A DNA stretch of 54,335 nt from Klebsormidium nitens. Lineage: Eukaryota > Plantae > Klebsormidiophyceae. Both the position numbers and the translations under genes were made by a program. Below the pieces are notes generated by a model. It had not been told where the DNA came from and did no database searches. It saw nothing but the letters and a program-made list of their open reading frames with translations. Location of the stretch: assembly GCA_000708835.1 (NCBI GenBank), contig DF237536.1:1-54335 (forward strand), in the 5' to 3' direction. This document shows, piece after piece, positions 12,500 through 24,687 of this stretch (position 1 is its first letter; each line of letters starts with the position of its first letter).

Positions 12500-15400
12500 G
12501 AAAGAACGCCAGTCGTAAGTTCGAGCATCTAACTCTGAAGTGAAATGTCAAAAGGCTACCCCACTGATATGGTCACAAGGGGATTTTTAGCAGCTTTTGT
12601 ACCCACGTTTTGACATTGAAGTTGTTCCACAAGCTCATACGCTATCAAGTTGTTTGCCTAGCCGGTTCAAAAAGCATTCGAAGAGTTTGATGCCTTTGTC
12701 CCTGGCTTGCTGGCTGGCGGTTGAGAGGTAAAGTATGCCTCTCAGCACACCTATTTTGATTTTGGCTGACCCAAGCAGGAGACAAGACTGAGCTTTTATA
12801 ACAAAGTTCACACCCTACCAACAAGCTTCATGGGTGAAATACTGGTGGCTATGCCCAAACAGATGGCTGGGAAAACACCATTTTTCAAGAAAAGAAGAGG
12901 AGTCAACGCAGGAATATGTCACATTTTCAAGCCATCAAGTAGTTCATACCATACCAATTTGAAAACATTTCAAGCAGTCACAATCTAGCAGCATGACAGC
13001 CACATTGAAATCAGATGTAGCTCTGAACCACGCCCCCACAAAAAACTTCATACTCTGCACCGTAGAGCCTTATCTTCAGTCGGTCAATGTGGGCAGAAGA
13101 AAGGAGCCTAAGTCGACTCTCACCAAGCTTGGGGAGCAAAACGACCATATTTATCAATCCCAAAATACTTTCCGCTGGTCTCAACACGGAAATCTCTCGG
13201 AAGTAATCAAGACTGACTTCCACAAGGAAAGGCTATAAAATAGTAGATGTCAACCTTCAGCGCTGCATTATACCAGAACAAGCGTTTCAGGTTTCCTAGC
13301 ATTGACATGAGGCTTCCATTGTCAACCGCCTCGTTCCAGACCACAAGGGTTTGCACCTCTTCTACAGTTACCAGGATCAAACAAGACCTCAGGGCATGAG
13401 AGTTCCATCAGTTCTCTGCTAAAGCTCACATTGCCTGACTAACTCCCAGTCCAAGACGCGTTGCAAGCACGGGGCCTGAAGGTATGTATGCTTTCGTCGA
13501 GTTCCCCCGGTCTTCAACCGTTCTCTTGCAAACATAGGCCACTCACGTCAGCCTCCTTGCAATCAGATTTGTTATGATGCGGGGACCAGCGCTGCTACCA
13601 GACGCAAGCTTCTCAAGCGCCCCTAAGTCAACCGCGTCTGCACTTGTGCACGTTGGCAACAGACAGGATACAGCTGTATATACACGGCGTTTTCTCTTGA
13701 GTTTCCCTGCTTAGCGATTTGTTCAGCTAAAAATATTAGCTAACACATATGAGCTAAAGTATTCTCTCAACTATTTCAGCAGATGTCAAAGGTTAACATG
13801 CGTCTGACGCCCATTCAAACTGCTAGAAACAAACTTCGTCTCACTAAAGCCTCTTAGGTGTCTAGGAGCATCCGAGTGGGAAAGGCATCCGGATGACTGC
13901 ACGAGCGCTAAGCGTCCCGGCACACTTGCAAGCCCTTTTGAACGATAGCTCCTCTTCCGAAGTTCCAAACAAAAGCTTCTCCAACGCTAGCTCCACCGTT
14001 TCCACCACATGCACATCGGCAGTCTGGCTGGACAGGTCCAGGACTAGCGAGCAGGACGTGCAGCCTCAGGCTCAGGTGCTCCCCGGCATTTGCCTTCTGG
14101 ACAAGGCAGCCAGTCTGTCCTGCCAGCGCCGTTCAACGTCATGCCTCCGTCTTTCCTCCGGCTTCTTGCCTGCAAGTGGTCACCACAGTGCTTGACACAA
14201 ACGAAAGTTCAGAACGGCAACATACGGAGGTGCAGTGTCATGCATCTTGTCTGTTCCTGCGATTGAATCCAATTGAAGAACCTGGAAGAGCGAGGTTATC
14301 CAATCGATGATCCGGTGTAGACTAATACCGCCGGGGCTCTTCCCCCGTCCATCGAGTATCTTGGTTCCAACGCCCGAGGTCTAACCCAAAATTCTGGAAA
14401 CAGGAACCGGTCCTTGAACCGTCTATCCTAATATCATTAACCGTCGTGCAAACACAGCCAGGGTTCGGGAGCAGCAACCAGGGTCCCCCTACATCGGGCT
14501 GTTTCGTTTGTTGCACGCGGCCACGCCTGAGTTACCCGCAACTCGATCACAAGTTGACACCTGGCCACGCGTGATTGCGCACAACTTGGGAAGTGCCGTC
14601 CAATCATTGCGAACTGCAGCGCTTTTTGTCACTTTTTGCCGTCAGGTAGCGTCAGCAATCACGTGCTTCAGGTGAATAACAGTAACGCCATGCAGCATAA
14701 GTTTTTTTCCGGAATTACCTAGTGCTGTACGTACAATGTATGATATCATTCCTGACTCTCAAGTTCTCCAGCTTGATCTGCCAGACCGGGCCCCCTGATC
14801 TTTCATACTGCACAAGAACTGCACAATGCACTGAGGTTCCAAGCTCACTAGCTAGGTATGGTAGTCATCAACTGACAACATGAGCGGTGCGAATGCCAAC
14901 AGTTGCCAAGTTCCAGGAAGTTGGTTCGACAATTGACGGTCAGTACTGATCCTGATAACAGTTGATCTGCTGGGTGGATGAGGCCGCGGGTAGGCCGCTT
15001 GACTCCAGGTTCCGTAACCTCTGCCGTTCTGTTGTCCAATAATGTCCGAGTTCAATGTTTAGTAAGCATGATAGGTGACGCAGCCAGCCTGACGACAGCC
15101 TGCATGTGATGTCATCGTCAAAGCGGCTGTGGATTTCGAAGCTGGTGCGCCCCTTGCGTCCAATACCACAGCTAGCCTTCCTATGAAAAGCTTCTTTGCT
15201 TGGCACCTGCAAATAGTGAAGCAGCTGCAACTTGCGCTAGCTGAGCTACTTTGGCTTTAGTGATCACCTAGTACCCCAGTGATCAGACATGAGCTGCATG
15301 TCAAGGTGCAGGATTCATTAAGCTAGCAGCTCGTACTCTTTGCACAGGCTGCATAACTGCCAGTCTAACTGCCCTTGCTTGTTAGCGGGTTGTTAGCAGT

Positions 15401-16300
15401 CAGCTGATAATCTGCTCCTAGCGACTCAGCTGTAAACGGGGTGCCAGGTGGGCAGTGAGTAGAATTCATAAGATGGGAAATCCTCGCAGCTCATATGACT
15501 CGAGCTCTCAACTCGTCTTGCAAGTCTGCATCAAGTCATCAACATACAATATGAGTGGCTGTGGAGCTAATCCGAGTCAGTGACCTACATTGAGGAGAGA
15601 TCCAGATATACTTTATCGTTATCACCAGTTGGGAAGCATGATTGAAGGCTTGAGCTTGAGCAGACTATAACGGCTACACATATTATACGTCTGAGCCCAA
15701 CGAGAGAACCTCGTACAAGATTCACCACGGTAGCCTTTTGGCCTTCTCAAGATCATGGCTTCTTGCTGCCTCGAGCCAGTCGAGCAACTTGCAGGACGTC
15801 GGATTCAAGGGAGAAAAGTATAGTCCTCAGATCAGTGAGGAGATTTTCCTCCATCTCAAATTAACTGAGATTCCAGAAACGATTCTCTCACTGCGGGTTT
15901 GGGGCCTTGAAGAACCTTCATCCGGAGACCTCTTTACCATCCGCAGAATATCCGCAGGCCCCTCTGCTAATGTCTAGTATCTCTTCTGAAAACCTTTGGC
16001 ACTGATTGTGGACGATTCAGGTTGATCAACGAGTATTCAGAGAGTCGTGACCTCACTGCCCAATCGTCAGCGCTCCTTTTGCCATCAAACCCATCTCTCA
16101 ATGGATTTCAAAACTGTAGATAACCGTGACTCCAAAAGAAAGCAGCGTCCTCGAAAAGCGATCGACGAAGAGGATTCACAAAGCTGAGTCAGTCAAGCCG
16201 ACGAGCTCGTAAAACTTAAAATCAAACGAGAGGAATTGACCTTGATCCTTGGATTTTTCTCAGCTTGATCGTGGTTCCTATATGGCCGTCAGTCTGAGGG
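12500..16300 (-). pseudogene. Probable decayed gene of unknown type, possibly LRR-like
   Basis: Protein-like frames broken by isolated stops: KKPEERRRHDVERRWQDRLAALSRRQMPGST*A*GCTSCSLVLDLSSQTADVHVVETVELALEKLL (~14170-13950) and SMLGNLKRLFWYNAAL (~13310-13260). An exon-like piece, DAVDLGALEKLASGSS...RRL, ends at a GTGAGT donor (~13540). No family recognised and the limits are approximate. Confidence 0.25.
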
Positions 16301-19300
16301 ACGTTCGTCAGCCCGGCCCCTGGATATTCGGCCGACCGAAGCGGCCTGCGCCGTTCAGCTGAGCTTTGAATTTTGAGTTCCGTTTCAAAGTTCCTAATCA
16401 AGACGGGGCGTCTGATAATGAGACAACAAGGGACATTCCGATGTCACGCAACGTGTCTTTGTGATCAAGCATTACCTTCTTGGATTCAGCTGGCATCAAC
16501 ATGCTGACCTCCCGTTAGCTTCTCACGTGGACCTTAAAACTGTCAACTTTGACGGCGGTGTTTACCAAGCTGTACGTATCTCTACGTGCTAGTGAAGTTA
16601 TCAAAGTAGGTGGACGCCGCCGGCCCCGCGCCAGCTGAATCTGGCCAGCATGAAACCTAGGCACGGAGCTGCTGATCGTGCCCTGTCATTTTTGCTTCGT
16701 GGTTGGATAGGCGGACGGCGATGACGTCCTCAGCCTTTTTGCCACGAGCAATGCCAGAACGGTCCCGTCGTACGTCTGGGCTCCGTAGCGCTGAGGATCA
16801 CGCGCCGAATATGTCAATCTGGAGAACTGTTTGCTCCTCAGGCCGACAACAAAAGCTTGTAAGACGAGACTGACTGGCTCGCCTGTCATTTTGCTTCAAC
16901 TTCATTGAACCCAAGGAGTGAAAGGAGCAGTTTGCCATTCTGCCATTCTTTTAGGTAACGGACTGCTTTCTGATTCTCCTGAATTGATCGATACCCATCG
17001 TGCAGCGGTTGACTTTCGCAGACCTTCAGCTTCAGTGAACGAAGCAGAAACGACGTGTTGCTGCTTCTTTCCGGAAGGTCGCCCAGATAGACCTGGTAGA
17101 CTTTTGAGATGCTGGTCGAGCGCCGCCTGCTAAACGTTCGTTCTTACCCACCCACCCACCCTCATTAATTGCACAAACTGAACAGCCTTTTCAGTACGTC
17201 GGCCTCTTAGACGCGAGCTGATTGAGCTGGCCCGGCTCAACATCAGTTAACCGTTCGCCCAACTCTTCTGCTCAGTCTTTCAGCCCAACGCCCCTTTGTT
17301 CCAAGGTTCAAAAAGGATGCATGACCAGCATGTTTCAAGACCGGCACGACCGGTCAGCCGCCAATTGGCCGAATCCAACGGAACAATCTCATGCAACGGT
17401 CCGATCAAAGACATATATATAAATCCGCAGATCCACAACGACCCAAAATGCATGAAAATGAACGTCGATCGCGGCACAGGGCCGGGCGCCGGCGGCTGTC
17501 ACTGCGTCCTCGCGACCAAGCGTGTCTTAGACGGTGTAGTAGCTCATGATCAGCACACTAGCTTGACTTAGTAAAAGTGACCTTGCACTGCAAAAAACAC
17601 GTACAATTGGTCAACGGACGGTGCCGCGGCGGCTGACCACTGGCACGTACGTACTTTGGTAAAAGCCGGATCTCGGGAATGATCTGGCTAGATATAGCTA
17701 GAACGATGGCCGGCATCACCAGAACTCCTCGATATGACTCGGATGCGGTATACGTTAGAATGTGCTTGTATATAAGACGGGCCGGGGCGGCCGGCAACGG
17801 GAGCCCAGTCATGATGCAAGGAGTACACGTTCGATCGTTTAGTATGATTGAATGGTCCTTGCACTACCTGGATGTTGATCGGATGACCGATCATAGTGAC
17901 ATACATGGACGACGGTACGCGTCCCGTCTGGATTCGAGACAGCCGTCGGTCTTGCATGTAACTCTTTGTCGGGTACGTATTTTTTGCCGCCCCCGCGCGA
18001 TGGCGGCGCGCAACTTAAACTTCGAACACCATGCATGCAGCAGGACTTTTGTGATGGAACCGTACTTTGATTGTTAGACAGGCCGCGCCGTCATGCATCC
18101 GACTCTCTCATATAGCAACTGGGCAATTAACTGGCAACAGACAAGACGCTGAAATACGTATAATGTCCAGGCTAAGATATTAGCAGACGTGGTCCCAAGT
18201 GACAGGACTCACCCAATGATCACTAAATATGGTCCGGTTTGCATGTGGTACGTGGCTGCAGCGCCGGTGCATATGGCGGTACTCAAAGAAAACGCCTTGC
18301 AACTTGAAGCGCCTTTCAAGTTTACGCGGCCAACTGCCATGCGGTCTGCGGAAGACTCATGTACTCCGTGCAAAATGCTATGTTTGCGAGCATAGACCAA
18401 TTATGGATTGGGGGCGGCTTGCCCGCCTACCTGGACCAAGAATTTCCGAGCGGCTAATGGATGCACCCCTGATGCGCAAAGTCTACCCTAGCTAGGAATT
18501 TACGAGCCTCAACACGTGTCCTGTCATGTTTGGCCGTTATACTGGCCGCAACGATCCTTCCGGGAGCCTGGCCGCCTGTGTCGAGGAGCTTCATTGGCGA
18601 TAGCGCCGCAGGTAAGCTCTGGTCGTCAGCGGCCGCGCCGTCAATCATCTGGACCTGTGGGAGATCGGAGGGAACAACGTCGGATGATGAAAGTTGTCTC
18701 GCCCCGCTTACCGCCGCGTAGAAACTATTTGGGTGCTTCAGCCCTCTACTGAATACCTGTTGTGGGGCGTTTTCAGACTGCATGGCGTGTCCTACACGCT
18801 GCGCATTCTGAAAGGGGTGAAACAGAGTGCACACAAAACTTGTAACGTAATGAATCTTCCTTTCATGTCACTTCTTGAATCGGTAGCAGTATGCTTCGAG
18901 CGGCAATTCACAGAGGCCACCTGACACACGTAACCTTGTCCGCAAGTCACAAGGAGATTAAGGCTTCAGCAACCTATGCAACGACTCCACGTATGCGTCA
19001 AACGAGGCGGAAAATCTCCAAAGAACAGCAAGAGTCTAGCATACGGTACTCAACCCCAAGTGCAGTCAGGAACACTTTAAGGGACACAACTCCAAGCTGT
19101 TAGCTTTCAAAGCTCGCTGCTCGACCTTTCTCAAACTTACTGGTCGACCTAGAAGGGTGTCTTGAGTTCTCGGGAGGCGACAGTAAAGTTTGGCGCTCTG
19201 CTTCTCAAGTCGCCGCTGCCAAGTTCTCTTCCGGGCACCTTCAAAAGGCTGACAATGTTTCTCTCACCTGGATTCCGCACCGTCTAATGACGGATCCGGC

Positions 19301-20269
19301 GCCACCCCTCCGATTCCGGAGCCGGCCCTCAGCGCCCGGGTCACTCTTCCGGGCGGCCTTTGGAGGCCGGTACAGCCCTCGCCGTTCCCCCAGGCCCTGA
19401 TCCGAAGCCCTGCACTTTCTCTTCCTTGCCCGGTGCAACAAATCCGCCTGCCTCTGTCTTCTTCCGTTTGCCGCCCCGCCGCCTCCAGGTTCCCTTGACC
19501 CGTCAACGAACGGGCATTTGGGCGCGGGCGCATCGGCGCGCGCACTCTACTTGCCCCGCCCATCCGAGCCCTTTCTCCGACCGTCCTGTAAAGACGCACC
19601 ACCGCCTAAAGACACGTACCCACCGTGAAGCCGCCCGCGTGGCCTGTCAAACCCGACTTTCCAAGAGCGCTTCGCCAGGAGCCGCGCCTGGGTGTTCTAC
19701 CGCGCTCGTAGACTGAATACGTACGAGAGCGGTCCACACCAAGTCGCAGCAGCTATGCGACGCTGGCACAGGAGGGTTCCCCAGGGTTTTTGGGTTTTCG
19801 AGTTTTCGGGTTTCCAGGTGTTTGCTCACTTAAGCTTAGTCACTCATCTCCCAACGGCGCATCTCAAGAGGCCGCACGGCGCTGTACCGCGGTGGAGGGT
19901 ACCCACGCGCGGGCGTCGCTTGCGCAGGCGGGCCGCGGCTCGCGCCTCGGAAAGTAGAGCGACCAGAGATGCGGCGCTGGAAGTGCGCAATCCAGGCGTC
20001 GGCTCCGCGTGCGGACCTGTCAAGAACGATACTGTGTTACCCTTAGTGTGTTACGTAAGGGTAAGACACTACGGCGCTGTGTTACCCTTACGTATGGTTG
20101 GATCCGTCCGTAGAGTCAACAAGGCTGTACTTAGCTGCAAGCGCAAAAAGGCAGACAGAGCGAGGAGAGGCTTAGTTCATCCGGACGTCATGTTCGGTGC
20201 CCAGGAATGTCATAAGGCCGTAACGAAGGTGCGCAGCCTTAAAGATGGTCTCAAGCTTTTTGGAAAAAG

Positions 20270-23200
20270 AAAATCGCATGCGGTGCTTGGAGGCGCCGGG
20301 ACTGCGCCTATTTCAGATGTCTTGTTTTCTGTACAGAGCATCGGCGGTCCCTGTCATCGCGACACGACGTAAAGGAATGTCGAAGGGGGCTGTGACTCCC
20401 AAATCAGCGCCGCAATCGGACAAACAGAAGCCAAACCCAGTACTTGAACACTACAACATTTGGGGCAGATACCTCGGATTCGCGGCTCCTGCAGAACACC
20501 GATGAGGTGAAGATACACAAGCTGCCAGTTGAAAAGTCGTCGCAGGGAACGATCAGAGGAGTCTTTTGGCCTTATGTGATTCCCTGAATGAAGCTCAGAA
20601 TTCCAAAGGTCAAAGCAAAGACTCTTTTCATATCCCTCAATACAAAACGGACATCGCTCAACTCAAAAAGGCTCTGCTCCTCGCCAATTGAAAGCAGTCA
20701 GAGACATCTAAGACTCAGTACTTTTTACGACCACTGGGCGCATTAGATCCGCTGATATTGAGACTTCTTGCAAACAAACAAACCATCAGGCTTCACCATG
20801 CCTTAGCTGGACGAAGCATCGCACCTGGTAAGCGGCGAGCCCCTAGATCCGCCCTTGCTCGTCGCCGTAACGGCAGATAAGATCCGTCGAATAGCCCCCA
20901 CTTTTCTCTCAATTCCGCCCACAGCCGAGCGGACTCCGTCTCGTGACAGTGGCCGGAAACGGTCCCGAGGCAGCGGCCGTCCGCTCCGGTTAGCTGATGG
21001 GCGGTCGGGTACGTGTCCCGGCAGCGCGCTGAGCCGGAAGGTGCCACGTCGACTCGAGGGATCCCCAGATTAAGGAGCTCCTTGCGCTTTGGCTGGGCCG
21101 TCTTGGACATGGACGTCCTGCTTTCGCGGGGAGTGCCTGAGAGGAGAGAGACGAGCGGAAGGGTTAAACCAGTTGCGACACGGAAGTGCTCTCAAAACGT
21201 AGACAATCCAACGGCCCAGATTCAGTTTGAGGACAACCTGTTTTTGGCATTGCGCTCGCCATCAATCTGGAAGAAAATACGCGCTCAAGAGCGTCGGGGA
21301 AGGGGAGTTTTAGGCCGTCATTTATATTGGCGTGTTCTCTAGATCCCGAGAACTCTGGCCGGAGGATACAAGAGGCAAAGTCCAGAGGAAGACAATTGGA
21401 CGTCACGAGCAATCTGATGAGCAAGATAGACTGTTGCGCCCCACCAGAGGATAGCCCGCCGTCAGTTGACGTCATCATACTGGTCAGTAAGGGCCACATA
21501 TTGAGTTATGCAGCAAGCTTTGCCGAAAGCGGAATTCGAAGTAGCTGGATCTTCAATGCGGAAGCGTACGTGCAACGGGAAACCGCCTTATCTTTGTCTA
21601 ATTCCCTTTCAACTGTCACGTCAGCACTGATGCACGGAAGAGGCAAGCCAAGCTGGTAGCACAACCAAAAAGATATCCTTAGGTCATGACTTCAGATCTG
21701 GCAGATTCCCAAAATTCCTGAACGGCCCCAATGTCAACAAATGTTAAGGACGTTTCAATCTTGGTGCTCCTAAACGGCTCTTAGCTCGTGCAACACTCAA
21801 GAGCAGGATCACTGTCAAACAAAATCTTTTGCAGAGCTCACATCTGCGCTCCGCGTCGGGCCTGAAGGCACTCTGGCCGAGGCCTCCCCTGAGTCAGCTC
21901 CGCTTCGATAAGCCCCACCGCAGCGCCCGCCATTCATTCACCGTATACGGAGGGATAAGGCCCAACAGGACCGTCTTTGGAGCGGACCCCTACTGCTCTT
22001 AGGGCCTGCAAGCGGAGTGAGGGGATGTCAGCAAGGAGCAAATCCCAACGCACTTTCTTGCTGACGGTTCAAAGCGCTTGATGAGCAGCCTGTCACCGAA
22101 TGAGGGTGCCCCAAAAACAGTCACGAGCCTGTTGAAAAGAGATTCGCATGCGGACCTTGAAAGCGCCGGGACTGCTGTCTTCCAGAAGTCTTGTTTCTCG
22201 CATGTACGGAGCAACGAAGGTCATGTCATCGCGTGAGGCGGAAAGGATTTTTGAGTCGGCAGTAGCCAGTGGCTCCTAAGTACGCAACTCATTTCGACGA
22301 AGAAAGGCCACATCCGACACGATTGAAACACTACTAAGCCGGGGCAGATGGTTCGGAGTCTACGACTGCTACAGAACAGTGATTGGGACGAGATTGAGTC
22401 ACAAGCCGTCAAACAGAATGTCTTTGCACGACCGGAAGAAGTCTTTCGGTCTTTCGCCATCCCCGGAATGAAGCTCAGAACTCAAAGGTCAAGGCAGAGA
22501 CTCTTCCCAGATTGCCTCCTACAACACGGATTATTGCTCCAGACCGAAAGGGCGCTGCTCCTCGCCACTGAAAGCAGTTAACATACCAACAACTAAGAGT
22601 TCCTTTCCTGCACATGGGCGGCATTTGATCCGCTGACGATGAGACTCTCTGCAAACGAACACATCATCAGGCTTCGCCATGCCTTAGCTGGACAAGGCGT
22701 CTCACCTGGTGAGCGTTGAGCCCCTTGCTCGTCGCCGTGGCCGCAGATCCGTCCAACAGATCCAACTTCTGAGCGGATTCCGCCCACAGCCCACCGGAAC
22801 CTGTCTTGTGACAGTGGCCCGATTTGTTCCGAGGCAGTGACCGGCCGTCCCAGTACCTTGATGCGCGGCGGACAATTGTCTTGGCAGCGCGCTAATCCAG
22901 AAGCTGCCACGTCAGCACGAGGGATCCCCCAGACTAAGGAGCTCGTCGCCCTTCAATTGGACCGTCTTGGACATGGATGTCCTACCGCTCGCATGGAGTG
23001 CCTGACAGGAGGGAAACAAGCGGAGGGTCATATTGTACCAATTGTCTTCCAGTAAATGCTCTAAACGAAGTGAAGAAAGTCAAACGGGGGCAGATACAAC
23101 TAGAGGACGGCCTGTGTTAGGCATTGCGCTCGTCCTAAACCTGGGAAAGAAAAGCGCGCTGAAATGCGTGTCGGGGAAGGGTAGTGCCAAGCCGTCTCCC

Positions 23201-24000
23201 AAATGGCGTGTTCCCCAGGGTCCTGAGAACTTTGCCCGAAAGACAGAAGACGAAACCAAAAGAATACATTTGGAAGTTTGAAAGTAGTCCTGAGGGCATG
23301 ATAGAATGTGGCGCCTGTCAAGAAATTGGACCGTTGTCGTTGACGTCATCAAGACCGTCAGCAAGCCCCACAGAACGATTCTGCAGCCATGTTTGCTGAC
23401 TCTGCCGGAAGCAAAAGTGGACAGAAGCTGGAACTCTGAGTGGGAGGGATTTGCAGTTGGAATATCCTTTTTCCTTCTTCGCATCTTCTACACATGATAG
23501 AGTCAGCGCTGATGCACGGGGTCGGCAAATCAAGCTGGTAATACAACCAGAAGGAACATGTAAACAGGACTTTCAGATTTGGCAGATGCCCGTATCTCCT
23601 CGAACGCACCCAATGTTAATCAGACGTCACGGAGTTTCATTATTTTGGCTTCTCAACGGCTCTTAGCCCGCGCAACAAATGAAAGAGGGCACTGTCAAGA
23701 AACATCTTCTGCTTGCTCACATCTGCGCTTCCGCGTCGGGCCTGAAGGCACTCAGGCACTCTGGCCGACGCCTCCCTCGGCCAGCTCCGCTTCAAAAGGG
23801 CCCACCGCATCGCCCACAACGCGTTCATCGTAAACACAGGGATAGGGCCCAACACGGCCGGCTTTGGGGCGGACCCCTACTGCCCCCAGGGCCTGCACGC
23901 AAAGTAAGGGAATGACAGCAATAAGCAACTTCTTAGGCACTTTCTTGCTAACGGTCCAAAGTGCTTAAAGGGCAACCTGTCGCCGCGGTGCTCCGCGGAG
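20270..24000. repeat. Diverged tandem duplication, two ~1.88 kb units (~20270-22140 and ~22140-24000)
   Basis: Collinear shared anchors at near-constant offset: CGCATGCGG 20275/22145, GCCTTAGCTGGAC 20800/22681, GCGTCGGGCCTGAAGGCACTC 21853/23733, CACTTTCTTGCT 22051/23938. Confidence 0.9.
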
Positions 24001-24687
24001 GCCTCCAAAAGGTTTTCGAGAAGCTTCTTAGAGATATTTCTCGACAGACAGACGTCTTGACGTGTTCAATCCAGTCCTTTTCTGAAACCATTGAATAGGA
24101 TGGATTTCTGAATGGAAGTTCCAAAATGATACCCTAAAAACGTAGGCCGTAAAGGATAGATATAGCCAAAACGTTGTGATTGACACCATCGTTTTTGATC
24201 GTATAATCCTTTTCCGCCCAGCTCGTGTTGCAGAAAGCCGAGCTATGGGCTGCTCTTATTGAAGACGACGTCAGTTCACTGCGGCCGAGGGTCCCGTAGT
24301 TTTATGGATAGACGAAGAACAAAAGGATCTGACAACTGGAGTCACTCACGGACAGGAACACTTGACTGCTTAATCCACCCGGCTTTCAGGCGGAGAGATG
24401 CATACGGCAGAAAGGACAACACTCTTTTTCCGACGCGCGAGCATCCTACACTAGGAAGAATGACGATGAAATCTCTGCGGATTGACACCAAACTCCGGCC
24501 TCATCCAAGACAACCCACCGACTTCTGTTCTGCTTTAGGGCTTCGTCCTTCCGTACCTAAGCACCGTCACACGGAGTCAAGGCTCCACCTTCCCGTTCCT
24601 TGCAGCTAAAGAGCAAAAGAAAAGCGTCTTACCCATCATCACCGTCAAGACGATTCCTCCGGACATTTTCCCGGCTGCAATCCAGCC

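Noticed and set aside
19692-20372. 226-aa plus-strand ORF
   Set aside because: No recognisable motif, Arg-rich composition typical of GC-rich non-coding frames, and it runs into the duplicated block.
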